Shown piece by piece: positions 55,273 through 63,566 of a DNA stretch of 64,000 nt. A program made the translations under genes and the position numbers. The stretch is from an uncultured virus (IMG/VR IMGVR_UViG_3300046782_000829) (taxonomy: Duplodnaviria > Heunggongvirae > Uroviricota > Caudoviricetes), in IMG/VR virus record IMGVR_UViG_3300046782_000829. One strand, given 5' to 3'. Under the pieces are notes generated by a model. It was not told the DNA's origin, searched no databases, and saw only the letters and a list, made by a program, of their open reading frames with translations. Position 1 is the stretch's first letter. Each line of letters starts with the position of its first letter.

Positions 55273-55980
55273 TCAGGGATGGCGCCGGCGAGCCGTACGG
55301 GAACCGGCGAATTGCTTCGCGCCGTGCTTCCAGGCCGGGAACGCGGCCCCAAAGACGCTCCGGACCTGGCCGCCGTCCATCAGGATCTGGTAACCACCCG
55401 CGTCCATCGAGTAGGGAGCCGCGAGTTTTCCGAGTTGGTCGAATCTTCGGCTCGTTGGTTTTCCGTCGAAGTACTCGGGGAACACGAAGTTCGACACGCT
55501 CACCGGTGAGGTCCCGGTCGAGAGCTTCATCGGATAGCTGTCGCCTTCGACGGGGTCGCAAAGCTCGAGCGCGATCAGGGTTCCGTTCGGCATCTGGGCC
55601 CAGCGGTTCGCGATCGGGTCCCCGTAGATCTCGAGCGCCTCGTGCGAGAGCGTCACGGACACGGAATTCGGACCATCAATCTCGGTCCCGCCGTTCTGGA
55701 GAATCAGATCGACGAAAACCTTCCCGTACGGATACCCGTGCGGATCTTGGTCGTGATACCCGAGGGCGCCCGCGACATCCGGATTGTCGAGCAACCAGAG
55801 CCGCGATGCCGACTTCGGGACCGCGGTGACGTCGCGGAAGTACTGGACCGCCCAGGCGGCTCGTCCCCACGCGACGCTCGCGTGGCGCTGAATCTGTTGC
55901 TGGACCGCTTCCGCCATCGCTTCGACGAGGTTCGGTAGTCCGGTAAAGTGCGCCGACTTGTTCAGGATCGCGATCAGCAT
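55273..55980 (-). CDS. Zn-metallopeptidase-like protein (HExxE type)
   Basis: GALGYHD, TLSHEALEIYGDP, ELCDPVE, VSNFVFP; GGAGG RBS. Confidence 0.65.
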   Translation of the reverse strand: MLIAILNKSAHFTGLPNLVEAMAEAVQQQIQRHASVAWGRAAWAVQYFRDVTAVPKSASRLWLLDNPDVAGALGYHDQDPHGYPYGKVFVDLILQNGGTEIDGPNSVSVTLSHEALEIYGDPIANRWAQMPNGTLIALELCDPVEGDSYPMKLSTGTSPVSVSNFVFPEYFDGKPTSRRFDQLGKLAAPYSMDAGGYQILMDGGQVRSVFGAAFPAWKHGAKQFAGSRTARRRHP

Positions 55981-55982
55981 CG

Positions 55983-56258
55983 TTACCTCCGGGTGAGAAA
56001 GTCGGCTGCTTCCTCGCAGAGCGAGGGGGGGAAGTCCTTCGACCGTTGAGCGGCCGTGACCATCCGGGTCAGGATCTGCTTCGTGGCTTGGAAGTCATCC
56101 CAGGCCTGCTTTCGGTGCGACTCGAGTCGGGCGCATTCGTCCGCGAGTCTCGTGTCGGTCGCGATCGCTTCGTCGACCTTCTGATTCAGGATCTTGAGCT
56201 CCGCGAGAGCGCTCTGTTCCTGGGGCGCCTGATGTACTTCTTCGAATCGTTTCGCCAT
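55983..56258 (-). CDS. Coiled-coil hypothetical protein
   Basis: Preceded by TTGACC-N17-CATGGT-N6-ATG. Confidence 0.6.
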   Translation of the reverse strand: MAKRFEEVHQAPQEQSALAELKILNQKVDEAIATDTRLADECARLESHRKQAWDDFQATKQILTRMVTAAQRSKDFPPSLCEEAADFLTRR

Positions 56259-56292
56259 CGCCCGACCATGCCGCGGGCGCCATCCGGGGTCA

Positions 56293-56634
56293 ATGGCAAC
56301 GCAAGAGCTTCACCGTTCCGCGCAGTTACCCCTTCATCCCGAAGTCCACAAGGGGGACTGCCGCGGATGCCTCGAATTCCTCTGCGGGGGGTGCGAGCGC
56401 TGGCGCGGCTTCTGCCAGGGCTGCGGCGACGATATGCCGGAGCTCTGCGACCTCTGCTACCAGGACGTCATCGAGTGGCGATCCTGGGCCCTTCTGCGCG
56501 AGCTCCCGCTTGATGATCAGATCGTAATCACTCCGATATCGGTCGGGAAAGAAAAAGCGATCGCCCCCGTCGTTATTCGCGTTCCGCCCAGGCCTGGAGT
56601 CCCGGCCGTGGGACCCGGACGACGCGAGCCCTGA
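56293..56634 (+). CDS. Cys-rich hypothetical protein
   Basis: Four CxxC pairs; fills an otherwise empty gap, but its 3' end overlaps the next gene. Confidence 0.45.
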   Translation: MATQELHRSAQLPLHPEVHKGDCRGCLEFLCGGCERWRGFCQGCGDDMPELCDLCYQDVIEWRSWALLRELPLDDQIVITPISVGKEKAIAPVVIRVPPRPGVPAVGPGRREP

Positions 56635-56953
56635 CGGTTCGGTTCCCGAGAATCCGGTTGGCCTCGACCCGGTGATGACCGTTGTGCAGGTACAGGACGC
56701 CCCCGCTCGCGACCACGATCGGTAGGTCCTGCGCGAAACCGTTCTTCGAGACGTCGTCCGGTTCGCCTTTCCCGCCCCGCTCGACGTAGTGCTGGACGCG
56801 CGACTTTCGAACCGTGTGCTGGACCGCGTGAAGATCCCGGATCGGCACGTCGCGAATATCCGCGGCGTCGAACTGGGAACGCGTGATCTTCCCCCCGTAC
56901 CCCTTCTTCCCGTCCCGGTACGGGAGCGTCACGTCCTCGAAGTCGGAAGCCAC
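56573..56953 (-). CDS. Stand-alone ParB/Srx-like domain protein
   Basis: VPIRDLHAVQ, LPIVV..GGVLYLHNGHHRVEA. Confidence 0.72.
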   Translation of the reverse strand: MASDFEDVTLPYRDGKKGYGGKITRSQFDAADIRDVPIRDLHAVQHTVRKSRVQHYVERGGKGEPDDVSKNGFAQDLPIVVASGGVLYLHNGHHRVEANRILGNRTVRARVVRVPRPGLQAWAERE

Positions 56954-56956
56954 GGC

Positions 56957-57187
56957 TCAGTTGGGGCGCTGGGGCGGATCCCGGCGGAGCGCTTCTGTCG
57001 CGTCTTGAACGAGCTCCTCGAGAGACTCGCGATCGAGCTGGATCCAGAATCCCTTCCGCTCGTCCGGTCCCGGGTCCTCGTTGAGCGTGACGACGAGCCC
57101 GAACTCGTCGTCAGTGATCTTCCGAATCTCGAGGTCGTGAACTTCCCCGCCGTCGGCCGGGTCGAGGTCGTCGCGGGGATCTGCCAT
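56957..57187 (-). CDS. Acidic small protein
   Basis: Preceded by TTGAAC-N17-GAGGCT-N6-ATG. Confidence 0.55.
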   Translation of the reverse strand: MADPRDDLDPADGGEVHDLEIRKITDDEFGLVVTLNEDPGPDERKGFWIQLDRESLEELVQDATEALRRDPPQRPN

Positions 57188-57224
57188 CTCGGGAGCCTCG
57201 CACCCCCCGGGGGGCCGTTCAACC

Positions 57225-57244
57225 ACCGCGCCGCGCGGCGCGGT
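57225..57244. repeat. 20-bp palindrome, intergenic
   Basis: Exact copy. Confidence 0.9.
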
Positions 57245-57483
57245 CAGACCTGCCGGACCGTAATCTCGGCCTGCCCGACCCCGAAGTGAATGAGCGCAGC
57301 CTTACGGGCCTCGAACCACGTCTGGGCCATCACGCGGAACGGAGCCGACCCTTCGACGGGTTGGCCGCACGACGTCCGGGTCGCCTCCCACGGAATAGGG
57401 CGATCCGGCGGGACCGCGCACTCGTGCTCCTTCGGCCCCCGGGACTTCGGAGCGCTGCCTCTAGCGTGCCTTCTTTGCGCCAC
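57244..57483 (-). CDS. Hypothetical protein
   Basis: 79-aa ORF ending at a palindrome copy. Confidence 0.45.
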   Translation of the reverse strand: MAQRRHARGSAPKSRGPKEHECAVPPDRPIPWEATRTSCGQPVEGSAPFRVMAQTWFEARKAALIHFGVGQAEITVRQV

Positions 57484-57619
57484 GGCCCGCTCCCTTTCGC
57501 TTGAAGTGTTCGACTTCGGCCAACCGTTCCTTCGCCTCGCTCATCGTCAGGTCCGGGCGGCTGAGCGGCTTCCCCGCTTCGCTCGTGACCTGGTGCCCCT
57601 GTTTCGTTTTCTTGATCAT
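57461..57619 (-). CDS. 52-aa basic protein not in the supplied ORF track
   Basis: ATGA-coupled to the phosphoesterase stop; MIKKTKQGHQVTSEAGKPLSRPDLTMSEAKERLAEVEHFKRKGAGRGAKKAR. Confidence 0.6.
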   Translation of the reverse strand: MIKKTKQGHQVTSEAGKPLSRPDLTMSEAKERLAEVEHFKRKGAGRGAKKAR

Positions 57620-58998
57620 CGCTTTCGTTCCTTCGCGCCCTTCAGGCGCTGCTCGATGTAGGCGTCAACGCGCCGCGCGTCGACCGTCGCCCTATGGCAT
57701 TCGCCGTACTCGCGGTCGAAGCTGATCACCTGGAGGTACTGGCTCGACCGGTACGCGGCTCCGTTATGCCAAGCGTCGCGTGGGGCTAACGTGTTGAAGT
57801 ACTCCATCTTTACGTCCGGGTATTCCTCGACCTTCACGACCTTCTTGTGATGGATGTGCCCGAGGATCCAGACCTTGTAGTTCGCCTTACCCCAGTAGCT
57901 CCGGCAACCCGGGATCCCGTTCGGACCGCAGTCGGTCGCCATCACGCCCGGGAGTTGTTCGGGCCGCGTCTCGTCGCCGTGGCAGGTCCCGATCAGATTC
58001 TTCCCGAACAGCTTGTAGGCGAACGGATTCAGGTTCTCCTCGATCACGACCCGGTCGTCGTTCCGGTACATCTCGAGCAGCAACATCTGGAGGACCGTCG
58101 AGAGCTTCGGGTCGTGGTTGCCCCGCCGGATATCGACCGTCACGAGCTCGTGCTTCTGCTTGCAGAGGTCGATGAGGCGACGAAACAGGTCGAGCCCGAC
58201 CCGGATCACCTTCCCCTGGCGGGAGTCGACGTCGACCTTGTTATGACCGCGGGGCGTCAGTTGGTTGTCGTCATCGGCGTGAAAGAAGTCTCCGACATCG
58301 ACGATGAAGGCTTCCTTCGCCGGCGGGGCCATCTCGACCAGCATCTCGACGCACCGGTAAAGCTGCTCCTGCGCGATCTTCAAGTCGAAGTCGCGGCCGC
58401 CGGTCTCGCGCCCCCACGCCAGCATCCCGATGTGGGGATCGCCGAGCACGTACGTGCTCAGGAGGTCGAGACGCTTCATCGGCATCGGCTTCGAAGGCTT
58501 CGAGAGCCCCCGGTACTGCTTCGCGTGCTGCTTCGCCTGTCGCCAGAACTCCTCCAGGTTCTTCTGGTTCTTGTCCGCGACCGCGCGCTGGTGCTGGATC
58601 AGGACCTCGCCCTGACGCCCATACATGGTCGAGACACGCTCGAGCGAGAAGTTCGGCGGGAGCGGATCGACCTTTGGTTTCCCCGAGGGGCCGCGCTCGC
58701 TCTTCACCCACTGCTTCGTCAGCTTTCCCTTCTCGTAATGGTCCGAGTTCCCCTTCAGCCGCATCGGTTCCGGAACCGGCTTCTGCCATCCGTACGCGGG
58801 CGCGAGCCCCTGCGAGGCTGCGAACTTCCGGACGACTCCGAGCGCGTGCAGGATGCTCGACGGCGATATCCCCATGCGGCGCGCTGCTTCGTGCGCGTTC
58901 CCACCGCACTCAATCGTAAGGTCGATCTTCGCAAGCTGCGTTGGAGTCGTGACGAACTGCTTGAGCTGTTCGAGCTCGCCGACGCTCGCGCTCGGCAC
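57616..58998 (-). CDS. HTH-fused calcineurin-like metallophosphoesterase
   Basis: GNAHEAARRMGIS HTH; GDPHIG, VGDFFHAD, RGNHD, HGD, GHIHH. Start is uncertain. Confidence 0.82.
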   Translation of the reverse strand: MPSASVGELEQLKQFVTTPTQLAKIDLTIECGGNAHEAARRMGISPSSILHALGVVRKFAASQGLAPAYGWQKPVPEPMRLKGNSDHYEKGKLTKQWVKSERGPSGKPKVDPLPPNFSLERVSTMYGRQGEVLIQHQRAVADKNQKNLEEFWRQAKQHAKQYRGLSKPSKPMPMKRLDLLSTYVLGDPHIGMLAWGRETGGRDFDLKIAQEQLYRCVEMLVEMAPPAKEAFIVDVGDFFHADDDNQLTPRGHNKVDVDSRQGKVIRVGLDLFRRLIDLCKQKHELVTVDIRRGNHDPKLSTVLQMLLLEMYRNDDRVVIEENLNPFAYKLFGKNLIGTCHGDETRPEQLPGVMATDCGPNGIPGCRSYWGKANYKVWILGHIHHKKVVKVEEYPDVKMEYFNTLAPRDAWHNGAAYRSSQYLQVISFDREYGECHRATVDARRVDAYIEQRLKGAKERKR

Positions 58999-59015
58999 TC
59001 CGCCTCGCCGAACCC

Positions 59016-59399
59016 CTAGGAACGGGGTCGCGGAGACTTCCGCCTCCGGAGCGTGAACGCTGCCCGCGGAGGACTTGGGAACCGGAACCCGACGGACCTT
59101 AGGATCGGTAGCTGATGAACGGCGTGACATTCGATGAACTGCTCCTTGTATTCGAACCCGGTGTCCTCGAGCGCAACGTGCCCGAGTTCGTGGAGGAGCG
59201 TCGTTTCCCAGGTCCCACGGGGAGCCCGGGGATTCAGGTAGATCCGCCGGGCGGTGAACTCGACGAACGCGTGGTCGTCGATCCCGTCAGCGTTACGACC
59301 GAAGCCGGCGACTATCTCGGGGGTCGCGAAGTAGACCCGCCACGCGCGGTGGCGGTCGTCGCGGAACCCGAACCAGAAGACCGGCTTCAGCTTCGCCAC
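59016..59399 (-). CDS. Small HExxH Zn-metallopeptidase-like protein
   Basis: RIYLNP...TLLHELGH...KEQ. Confidence 0.65.
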   Translation of the reverse strand: MAKLKPVFWFGFRDDRHRAWRVYFATPEIVAGFGRNADGIDDHAFVEFTARRIYLNPRAPRGTWETTLLHELGHVALEDTGFEYKEQFIECHAVHQLPILRSVGFRFPSPPRAAFTLRRRKSPRPRS

Positions 59400-59446
59400 G
59401 AGGGGTCTATGACGCCCCCACCGGACCCCTACAAGTTATCCCCAGG

Positions 59447-60034
59447 TTAGCGAGCCGTTCGGGGGAAGGCCGGTGACGCTACGTCCCACGCGTCGAGCTC
59501 GGGGGTCCCGAGGTGAAGCGAGCAGTTCGGGCCGTCCCGGAGCCCGCTATACATCACGCTCGGGAGCGGGCCCTCGTAGTGAAGGTCGCCACCGGCGAAC
59601 CGGAGCCCGAGCGCGTGGCCGAACTCGTGAAGCATCGCCCGGCGGAGCTCGTCCTCCGTGAACCCGAACCCCGCCACGATCGCGGGGTCGATCCCGATGT
59701 GGGCCGTCAGGGGCTCCGGGTTCTCGGCTCGCCAGCCCGTGCCGGCCAAGTGGGGCGCTACCGCTTCCGACTCGACCCGCCAGGTCCCGTCGTGCCACTC
59801 CGACCCCGCCGGAACCGAGACGACGAGGAACGACATCCCGGTCGCGGCCGACCACTCGGTCGCGGCTTCCTGGACCGGTTGAAAAAAGGTCTCGTCCGCC
59901 TCCACGATGACGTCCGCGGCCCTCGCGACTACCTGCCCGGCCTGGGGCGCCGGGTCGACCGTCGGGACCGGGCCGGCCCCGTAGGCGCACGCGTTCGCCA
60001 GCATCATCGTCGCCACCAGAATCATCTTCTTCAT
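59447..60034 (-). CDS. Lipoprotein, matrixin/metzincin-like metalloprotease
   Basis: MKKMILVATMMLANAC lipobox; HEFGHALGL; Met-turn SVMY. Confidence 0.72.
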   Translation of the reverse strand: MKKMILVATMMLANACAYGAGPVPTVDPAPQAGQVVARAADVIVEADETFFQPVQEAATEWSAATGMSFLVVSVPAGSEWHDGTWRVESEAVAPHLAGTGWRAENPEPLTAHIGIDPAIVAGFGFTEDELRRAMLHEFGHALGLRFAGGDLHYEGPLPSVMYSGLRDGPNCSLHLGTPELDAWDVASPAFPRTAR

Positions 60035-60049
60035 GTCTCTCATCATACT

Positions 60050-60074
60050 TGTCTAGACGACGTTGTCTAGACAA
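60050..60074. promoter_or_regulatory. Tandem GTCTAGAC palindromes overlapping a minus-strand promoter (-10 TATGAT)
   Basis: Cores at 60051-60058 and 60065-60072. Confidence 0.7.
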
Positions 60075-60120
60075 TCTTAAGCGCCGTAAGCGCTTTCTTT
60101 TTTGACGAGAGTGGGCGCGG

Positions 60121-60306
60121 TTAAGAAGAAAGGTAGGACGACATCGCCTTCCGGATCAGATCCGTGATCCCGATGCCTTCCTGAAGGGCCCGGACCCGCC
60201 AGGTCTCATACTCGGAATGCCGGAACCGGAACCCTCTCATCTTCGAGCTCTCGGGAGTCGGCGGAGTCGGGTCCGGCGGAACGGACTTCTGTTTTTTGGT
60301 TCTCAT
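60121..60306 (-). CDS. Ribbon-helix-helix DNA-binding protein
   Basis: KMRGFRF strand, then HSEYETWRVRALQEG and ITDLIRKAMSSYL helices. Confidence 0.7.
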   Translation of the reverse strand: MRTKKQKSVPPDPTPPTPESSKMRGFRFRHSEYETWRVRALQEGIGITDLIRKAMSSYLSS

Positions 60307-60369
60307 GGGATGTCTATACGGGCTTTCAACCCTCCCGTACACCCCTCCAGTACCAGAGGGCGCGGGGTA

Positions 60370-60573
60370 CTAACGAAGGACGGACGCGAGAGCTAGGCGG
60401 GTCGTCGTACGAGCCGCCCGGACTTTCGCCGACGATCTTCGGATCTCCCAGATCCGAGCCGCGATCCGGCCCGCGTCCTCGGCTCGCCCCGCCCGCATCG
60501 CGAGCTTCCACTCCTCCTGCAACCCCGCGATCAACTCCGTTTCCATCTTCCGTCCCTCCTGCGTTCGTTCCAT
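60370..60573 (-). CDS. Hypothetical protein
   Basis: Short ORF; alternative start at ATG 60546 with an AGGAGG RBS. Confidence 0.45.
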   Translation of the reverse strand: MERTQEGRKMETELIAGLQEEWKLAMRAGRAEDAGRIAARIWEIRRSSAKVRAARTTTRLALASVLR

Positions 60574-60591
60574 GCCCCTTAGGAACGGCGC

Positions 60592-60601
60592 TGTCTAGAC
60601 A
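60592..60601. promoter_or_regulatory. Single TGTCTAGACA palindrome
   Basis: Same motif as the tandem sites. Confidence 0.55.
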
Positions 60602-60797
60602 ACCTTTAACGCTTTCTTGCGGCATCGCGGGAGGGGGAAAGGACGACATTGCGCCCGCTGGCCTCACGAGGATCCGGCGGTAGCCGATCCGGCGGAGCTG
60701 TGAGACCGCGAGGTCAACGAACCCACCCTGTCGGGTCAGCGTCACGTTCCGGCTTCCCTCTCGGTGGTGCGTCCCGATAACCCGGTAGGATTCGTCT

Positions 60798-61124
60798 TCA
60801 CACATCGAGTTCCTCTTTCGCGATCTCACACAGCAGTTTTGACGCAACCGGGTCGAGCGCGTGAAGGCGTCCGAATGCGGTCCTACGAGTCAGCGGGTAC
60901 TCGAGCTCGGCCGCCGCGTGAAGTCCCCCGGATGACCCCGGGAACAACTCGAGCGCGAGGTCCGACCAAGGTGCCTTCCGGGCCGAGCTCGACTTCCGGA
61001 CGACTCCGTCGGTCCCCCGGACGAGCGCGAAGATCCGGTAGAACCCACGCTGGTCCCAGAACGCGCGGCCCGCGCGCCAGTCCCGCAACATGCACCGGTA
61101 CAGGTGGGCGCGTCGTTCGATCAC
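60798..61124 (-). CDS. Hypothetical protein
   Basis: GTGA-coupled to the upstream gene. Confidence 0.5.
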   Translation of the reverse strand: MIERRAHLYRCMLRDWRAGRAFWDQRGFYRIFALVRGTDGVVRKSSSARKAPWSDLALELFPGSSGGLHAAAELEYPLTRRTAFGRLHALDPVASKLLCEIAKEELDV

Positions 61125-61609
61125 GCCGGATCCCTTTCGCTCGACAGCTTCCGCCGCATATCCTGCTCGAGTTCGTCGAGCGCTCCCGGGAACGACTCCC
61201 GAATGGTCTCGCCGGCGATGGAGCGCCCCAGTACCTGCTGAAACAACCGGTACGCGAGGTTCGTCGGGTCGGCCCGGAGCGGGGCCACTAGGCTCGTTTT
61301 CGACAGGCTAGCGAGGCACTCGGCGGTCGTCCCAGGCTTGAGATCTTCATCGCGCGCTACGCGGTCGAGGAGCTCTTGAACGTGGTGCCGGTACAGGCGC
61401 TCGTTCCGGAACTCAGACAGCATTCCCGGGTAGAGGATCCGGAACGCCCCGTGGATCGCATCGGCTCGTTTCGGGTGCGCCCGCTTCGCGCGCGCGATCT
61501 CTTTTTCCGCGACCCCCATGCAGTCGAACGCCCACGAGATAGACGACGCGATGCCGGTCTCGACCCCGAGGAGGTGAGCGATGTCCTTCCCGGTAGGGAA
61601 CGCGCTCAC
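61121..61609 (-). CDS. Hypothetical protein
   Basis: GTGA-coupled; protein-like composition. Confidence 0.62.
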   Translation of the reverse strand: MSAFPTGKDIAHLLGVETGIASSISWAFDCMGVAEKEIARAKRAHPKRADAIHGAFRILYPGMLSEFRNERLYRHHVQELLDRVARDEDLKPGTTAECLASLSKTSLVAPLRADPTNLAYRLFQQVLGRSIAGETIRESFPGALDELEQDMRRKLSSERDPA

Positions 61610-61878
61610 GACTGCGCCTCGATCCGGATCATATCGGTGACGGCGCCCGCGATACGGGTAGGGGAGCACCCTTCGTGCCGGGACCAGATGACCCGGTCGC
61701 TCTCGTAGTCCCAGCAGCCGACCGCGAACCCAACCCACTCGCCCGCAACATTCTGATCGACCTCTACCCGGCCGGAGCCGGCCCACCAGCGAACTTCGAG
61801 CTCGATGCCGCCCGGGAGCTCGCCCCCCATCGTTCGGGTCGGCTCGGAAGCCCTACGGGGCGGGAACGCGGCCCTCAT
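61606..61878 (-). CDS. Hypothetical protein
   Basis: ATGA-coupled to the upstream gene. Confidence 0.5.
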   Translation of the reverse strand: MRAAFPPRRASEPTRTMGGELPGGIELEVRWWAGSGRVEVDQNVAGEWVGFAVGCWDYESDRVIWSRHEGCSPTRIAGAVTDMIRIEAQS

Positions 61879-62108
61879 CGGGCGAGCTCGCGCGAGTACG
61901 TGTGGGTCCCGTAGAGCGGGCTCCAGGTCGCGACGAGCGTCCCAGCGCGGTCGATCCGAGCCTCGAACCCGCGACCGCGAGCAGCCGTCAGGGCCTCCTC
62001 GTAGGAAGCGGTTTCGATCGGCTCGTGCCACGAGAAGTTACAGGAGCGGACCACGTAGAGGTTGGGATTCTGAACCGTCGTTTTGGCTGCCGTCGTCATC
62101 GTCTTCAT
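61875..62108 (-). CDS. Hypothetical protein, first gene of a putative early operon
   Basis: Starts 6 nt after the -10 TAGTGT. Confidence 0.6.
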   Translation of the reverse strand: MKTMTTAAKTTVQNPNLYVVRSCNFSWHEPIETASYEEALTAARGRGFEARIDRAGTLVATWSPLYGTHTYSRELAR

Positions 62109-62116
62109 GATCCAAC

Positions 62117-62151
62117 ACTAGCGTGTCTAGACACCGTGTCTAGACAATTCG
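62117..62151. repeat. 35-bp promoter/operator repeat, copy 1 (ACTAGCGTGTCTAGACACnGTGTCTAGACAATTCG)
   Basis: Differs from 63487-63521 at one base. Confidence 0.85.
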
Positions 62152-62160
62152 CATCTCCCC

Positions 62161-62412
62161 CTAACGAATCTTGAATTGGACCGTGTTCAGCTCAAGATGA
62201 CTGCCCCACCGGATCGCAGTCCCGCCGAGGTGGACGGTGTCGGTTACGTCGATCCGGGCGCCCGGTTGGGACTCCTGGATCGTCGGAAGGAGCTCCCGCC
62301 AGACATCATGCATCACGAGATGGCCGACCAAGAGCGCTTCGGGCTTCCGACCCGTTTCGAGCTCGATTAGGCGTGCGAGTGCAATCAACAACCCTACCGT
62401 CGGTTTAGGCAT
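62161..62412 (-). CDS. Hypothetical protein
   Basis: AAGGAG RBS. Confidence 0.55.
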   Translation of the reverse strand: MPKPTVGLLIALARLIELETGRKPEALLVGHLVMHDVWRELLPTIQESQPGARIDVTDTVHLGGTAIRWGSHLELNTVQFKIR

Positions 62413-62470
62413 TGTTCTCTCTCCTTTTTTGGTTCACAGCAACCGTACTTTTCTTCCGCAAAACTTGCGC

Positions 62471-63157
62471 CTACATCCGCATCGGCATGACGACGATCGA
62501 CCATTCGGACCCATTCGCGGGACACCGGACCGTCCCGAGGAGCGGATCCAGATCGCTCGCGGGCGGTTGGATCTCGACTCCCGGGTAGAGTTTATCGGTC
62601 CCCCGGTCGGAACGTTTAATGATCGTCGGCGGGCACGCCTTCGTCACAAGCGCGAGGTCCGCCAGGTACGGACCGTTGAAGCAGGCCGTCGCGCCCCCCT
62701 TGTGCTTCGGGTCGCGCCGTTCCGGTACGACCGCGTCGAGATGGTTCGGCGCTTCGTCCGACAGGAACGCCTCGTAGGAGGCGCGGCAGAAGTTCGATCC
62801 GGGCGAGATGGGCTCCATCACCTCGACGCGGCACTTCGCGATCTCGGACGCGGAACCGGGCCCCGTGATCCGGATCTCGTCCTTCGGAGCCGCATGCTTG
62901 ATCGCGCTCTCGACGGTCTCGCGCTTAACGCCCTCGACGGGGCGCTCGATCGCGCGGTCGTGGTCGACCCGCTCCCCCTTCAGGATCGCGCCGCGGTGCC
63001 CGTCCGTAGCCCAGCAGCGACCCGTCTTCTGGTCGAGCACCAGGATCGATATCCCGGGGCGCGTAACATCCGTCGACATGAACGCGAGGAGCGCGACGAG
63101 CTCCTGCTTCGAGAAGTGCCAGGTCGTTCGCCCCGATTCGTCTACCGTCGTTTTCAC
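62471..63157 (-). CDS. DNA polymerase III beta-clamp-like protein (short)
   Basis: MSTDVTRPGI, WATDGHR, FNGPYLAD, C-terminal IVVMPMRM. Confidence 0.68.
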   Translation of the reverse strand: MKTTVDESGRTTWHFSKQELVALLAFMSTDVTRPGISILVLDQKTGRCWATDGHRGAILKGERVDHDRAIERPVEGVKRETVESAIKHAAPKDEIRITGPGSASEIAKCRVEVMEPISPGSNFCRASYEAFLSDEAPNHLDAVVPERRDPKHKGGATACFNGPYLADLALVTKACPPTIIKRSDRGTDKLYPGVEIQPPASDLDPLLGTVRCPANGSEWSIVVMPMRM

Positions 63158-63477
63158 GAGACCACCGCCGGTGCATAGGCACGAACGAGCCGCGGTAGGT
63201 CGGATAGGCGCGTGCGATGGGGCTCTCGGACGTGCTTATCGAGAGCTTTCCGAGCTCCCTTAACTAGGGAGCGGAGTTCCGACTTCTCATATAGTCCGAT
63301 CTCGTCGGCGAGAATCCAAAGTAGATTCGTGGGCAACGAGCGGGCAACGACCTGGCCGATAATCGTGGTCGTCAGGTACCCGTCCGACCAGCCCTGGACG
63401 AGCACGTTATCAGCCGTTCGGCGAGAAAAGATGATATGGGGAGCCGAACATCCACACGAACAATTCGTCGTCTTCAT
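63154..63477 (-). CDS. Hypothetical protein (MKTTNCSCGC...)
   Basis: Starts 7 nt after the -10 TAGTAT. Confidence 0.6.
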   Translation of the reverse strand: MKTTNCSCGCSAPHIIFSRRTADNVLVQGWSDGYLTTTIIGQVVARSLPTNLLWILADEIGLYEKSELRSLVKGARKALDKHVREPHRTRLSDLPRLVRAYAPAVVS

Positions 63478-63486
63478 GAACCTCAT

Positions 63487-63521
63487 ACTAGCGTGTCTAG
63501 ACACGGTGTCTAGACAATTCG
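63487..63521. repeat. 35-bp promoter/operator repeat, copy 2
   Basis: Differs from 62117-62151 at one base. Confidence 0.85.
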
Positions 63522-63531
63522 ACAGCCTCCG

Positions 63532-63560
63532 TTGACCTACCTGGGGGACCGGGGGAGGAT
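63532..63560 (+). promoter_or_regulatory. Promoter TTGACC-N17-GAGGAT, 6 nt before ATG 63567
   Basis: Matches the promoter family. Confidence 0.5.
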
Positions 63561-63566
63561 CCGGTC

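Noticed and set aside
5198..57244. The 20-bp palindromes as a CRISPR array or as IS/MITE ends
   Set aside because: Copies are kilobases apart with no regular spacers, and I saw no cas or transposase gene and no target-site duplications.
60079..60103. AAGCGC-N5-GCGCTT followed by a T-rich run, as a plus-strand terminator
   Set aside because: No plus-strand gene leads into it; the A-tract may instead be an UP element of the minus-strand promoter.
60326..60847. 173-aa minus-strand ORF
   Set aside because: It overlaps two better candidates and runs through an operator site; only its 5' part (from ATG 60805) may be real.
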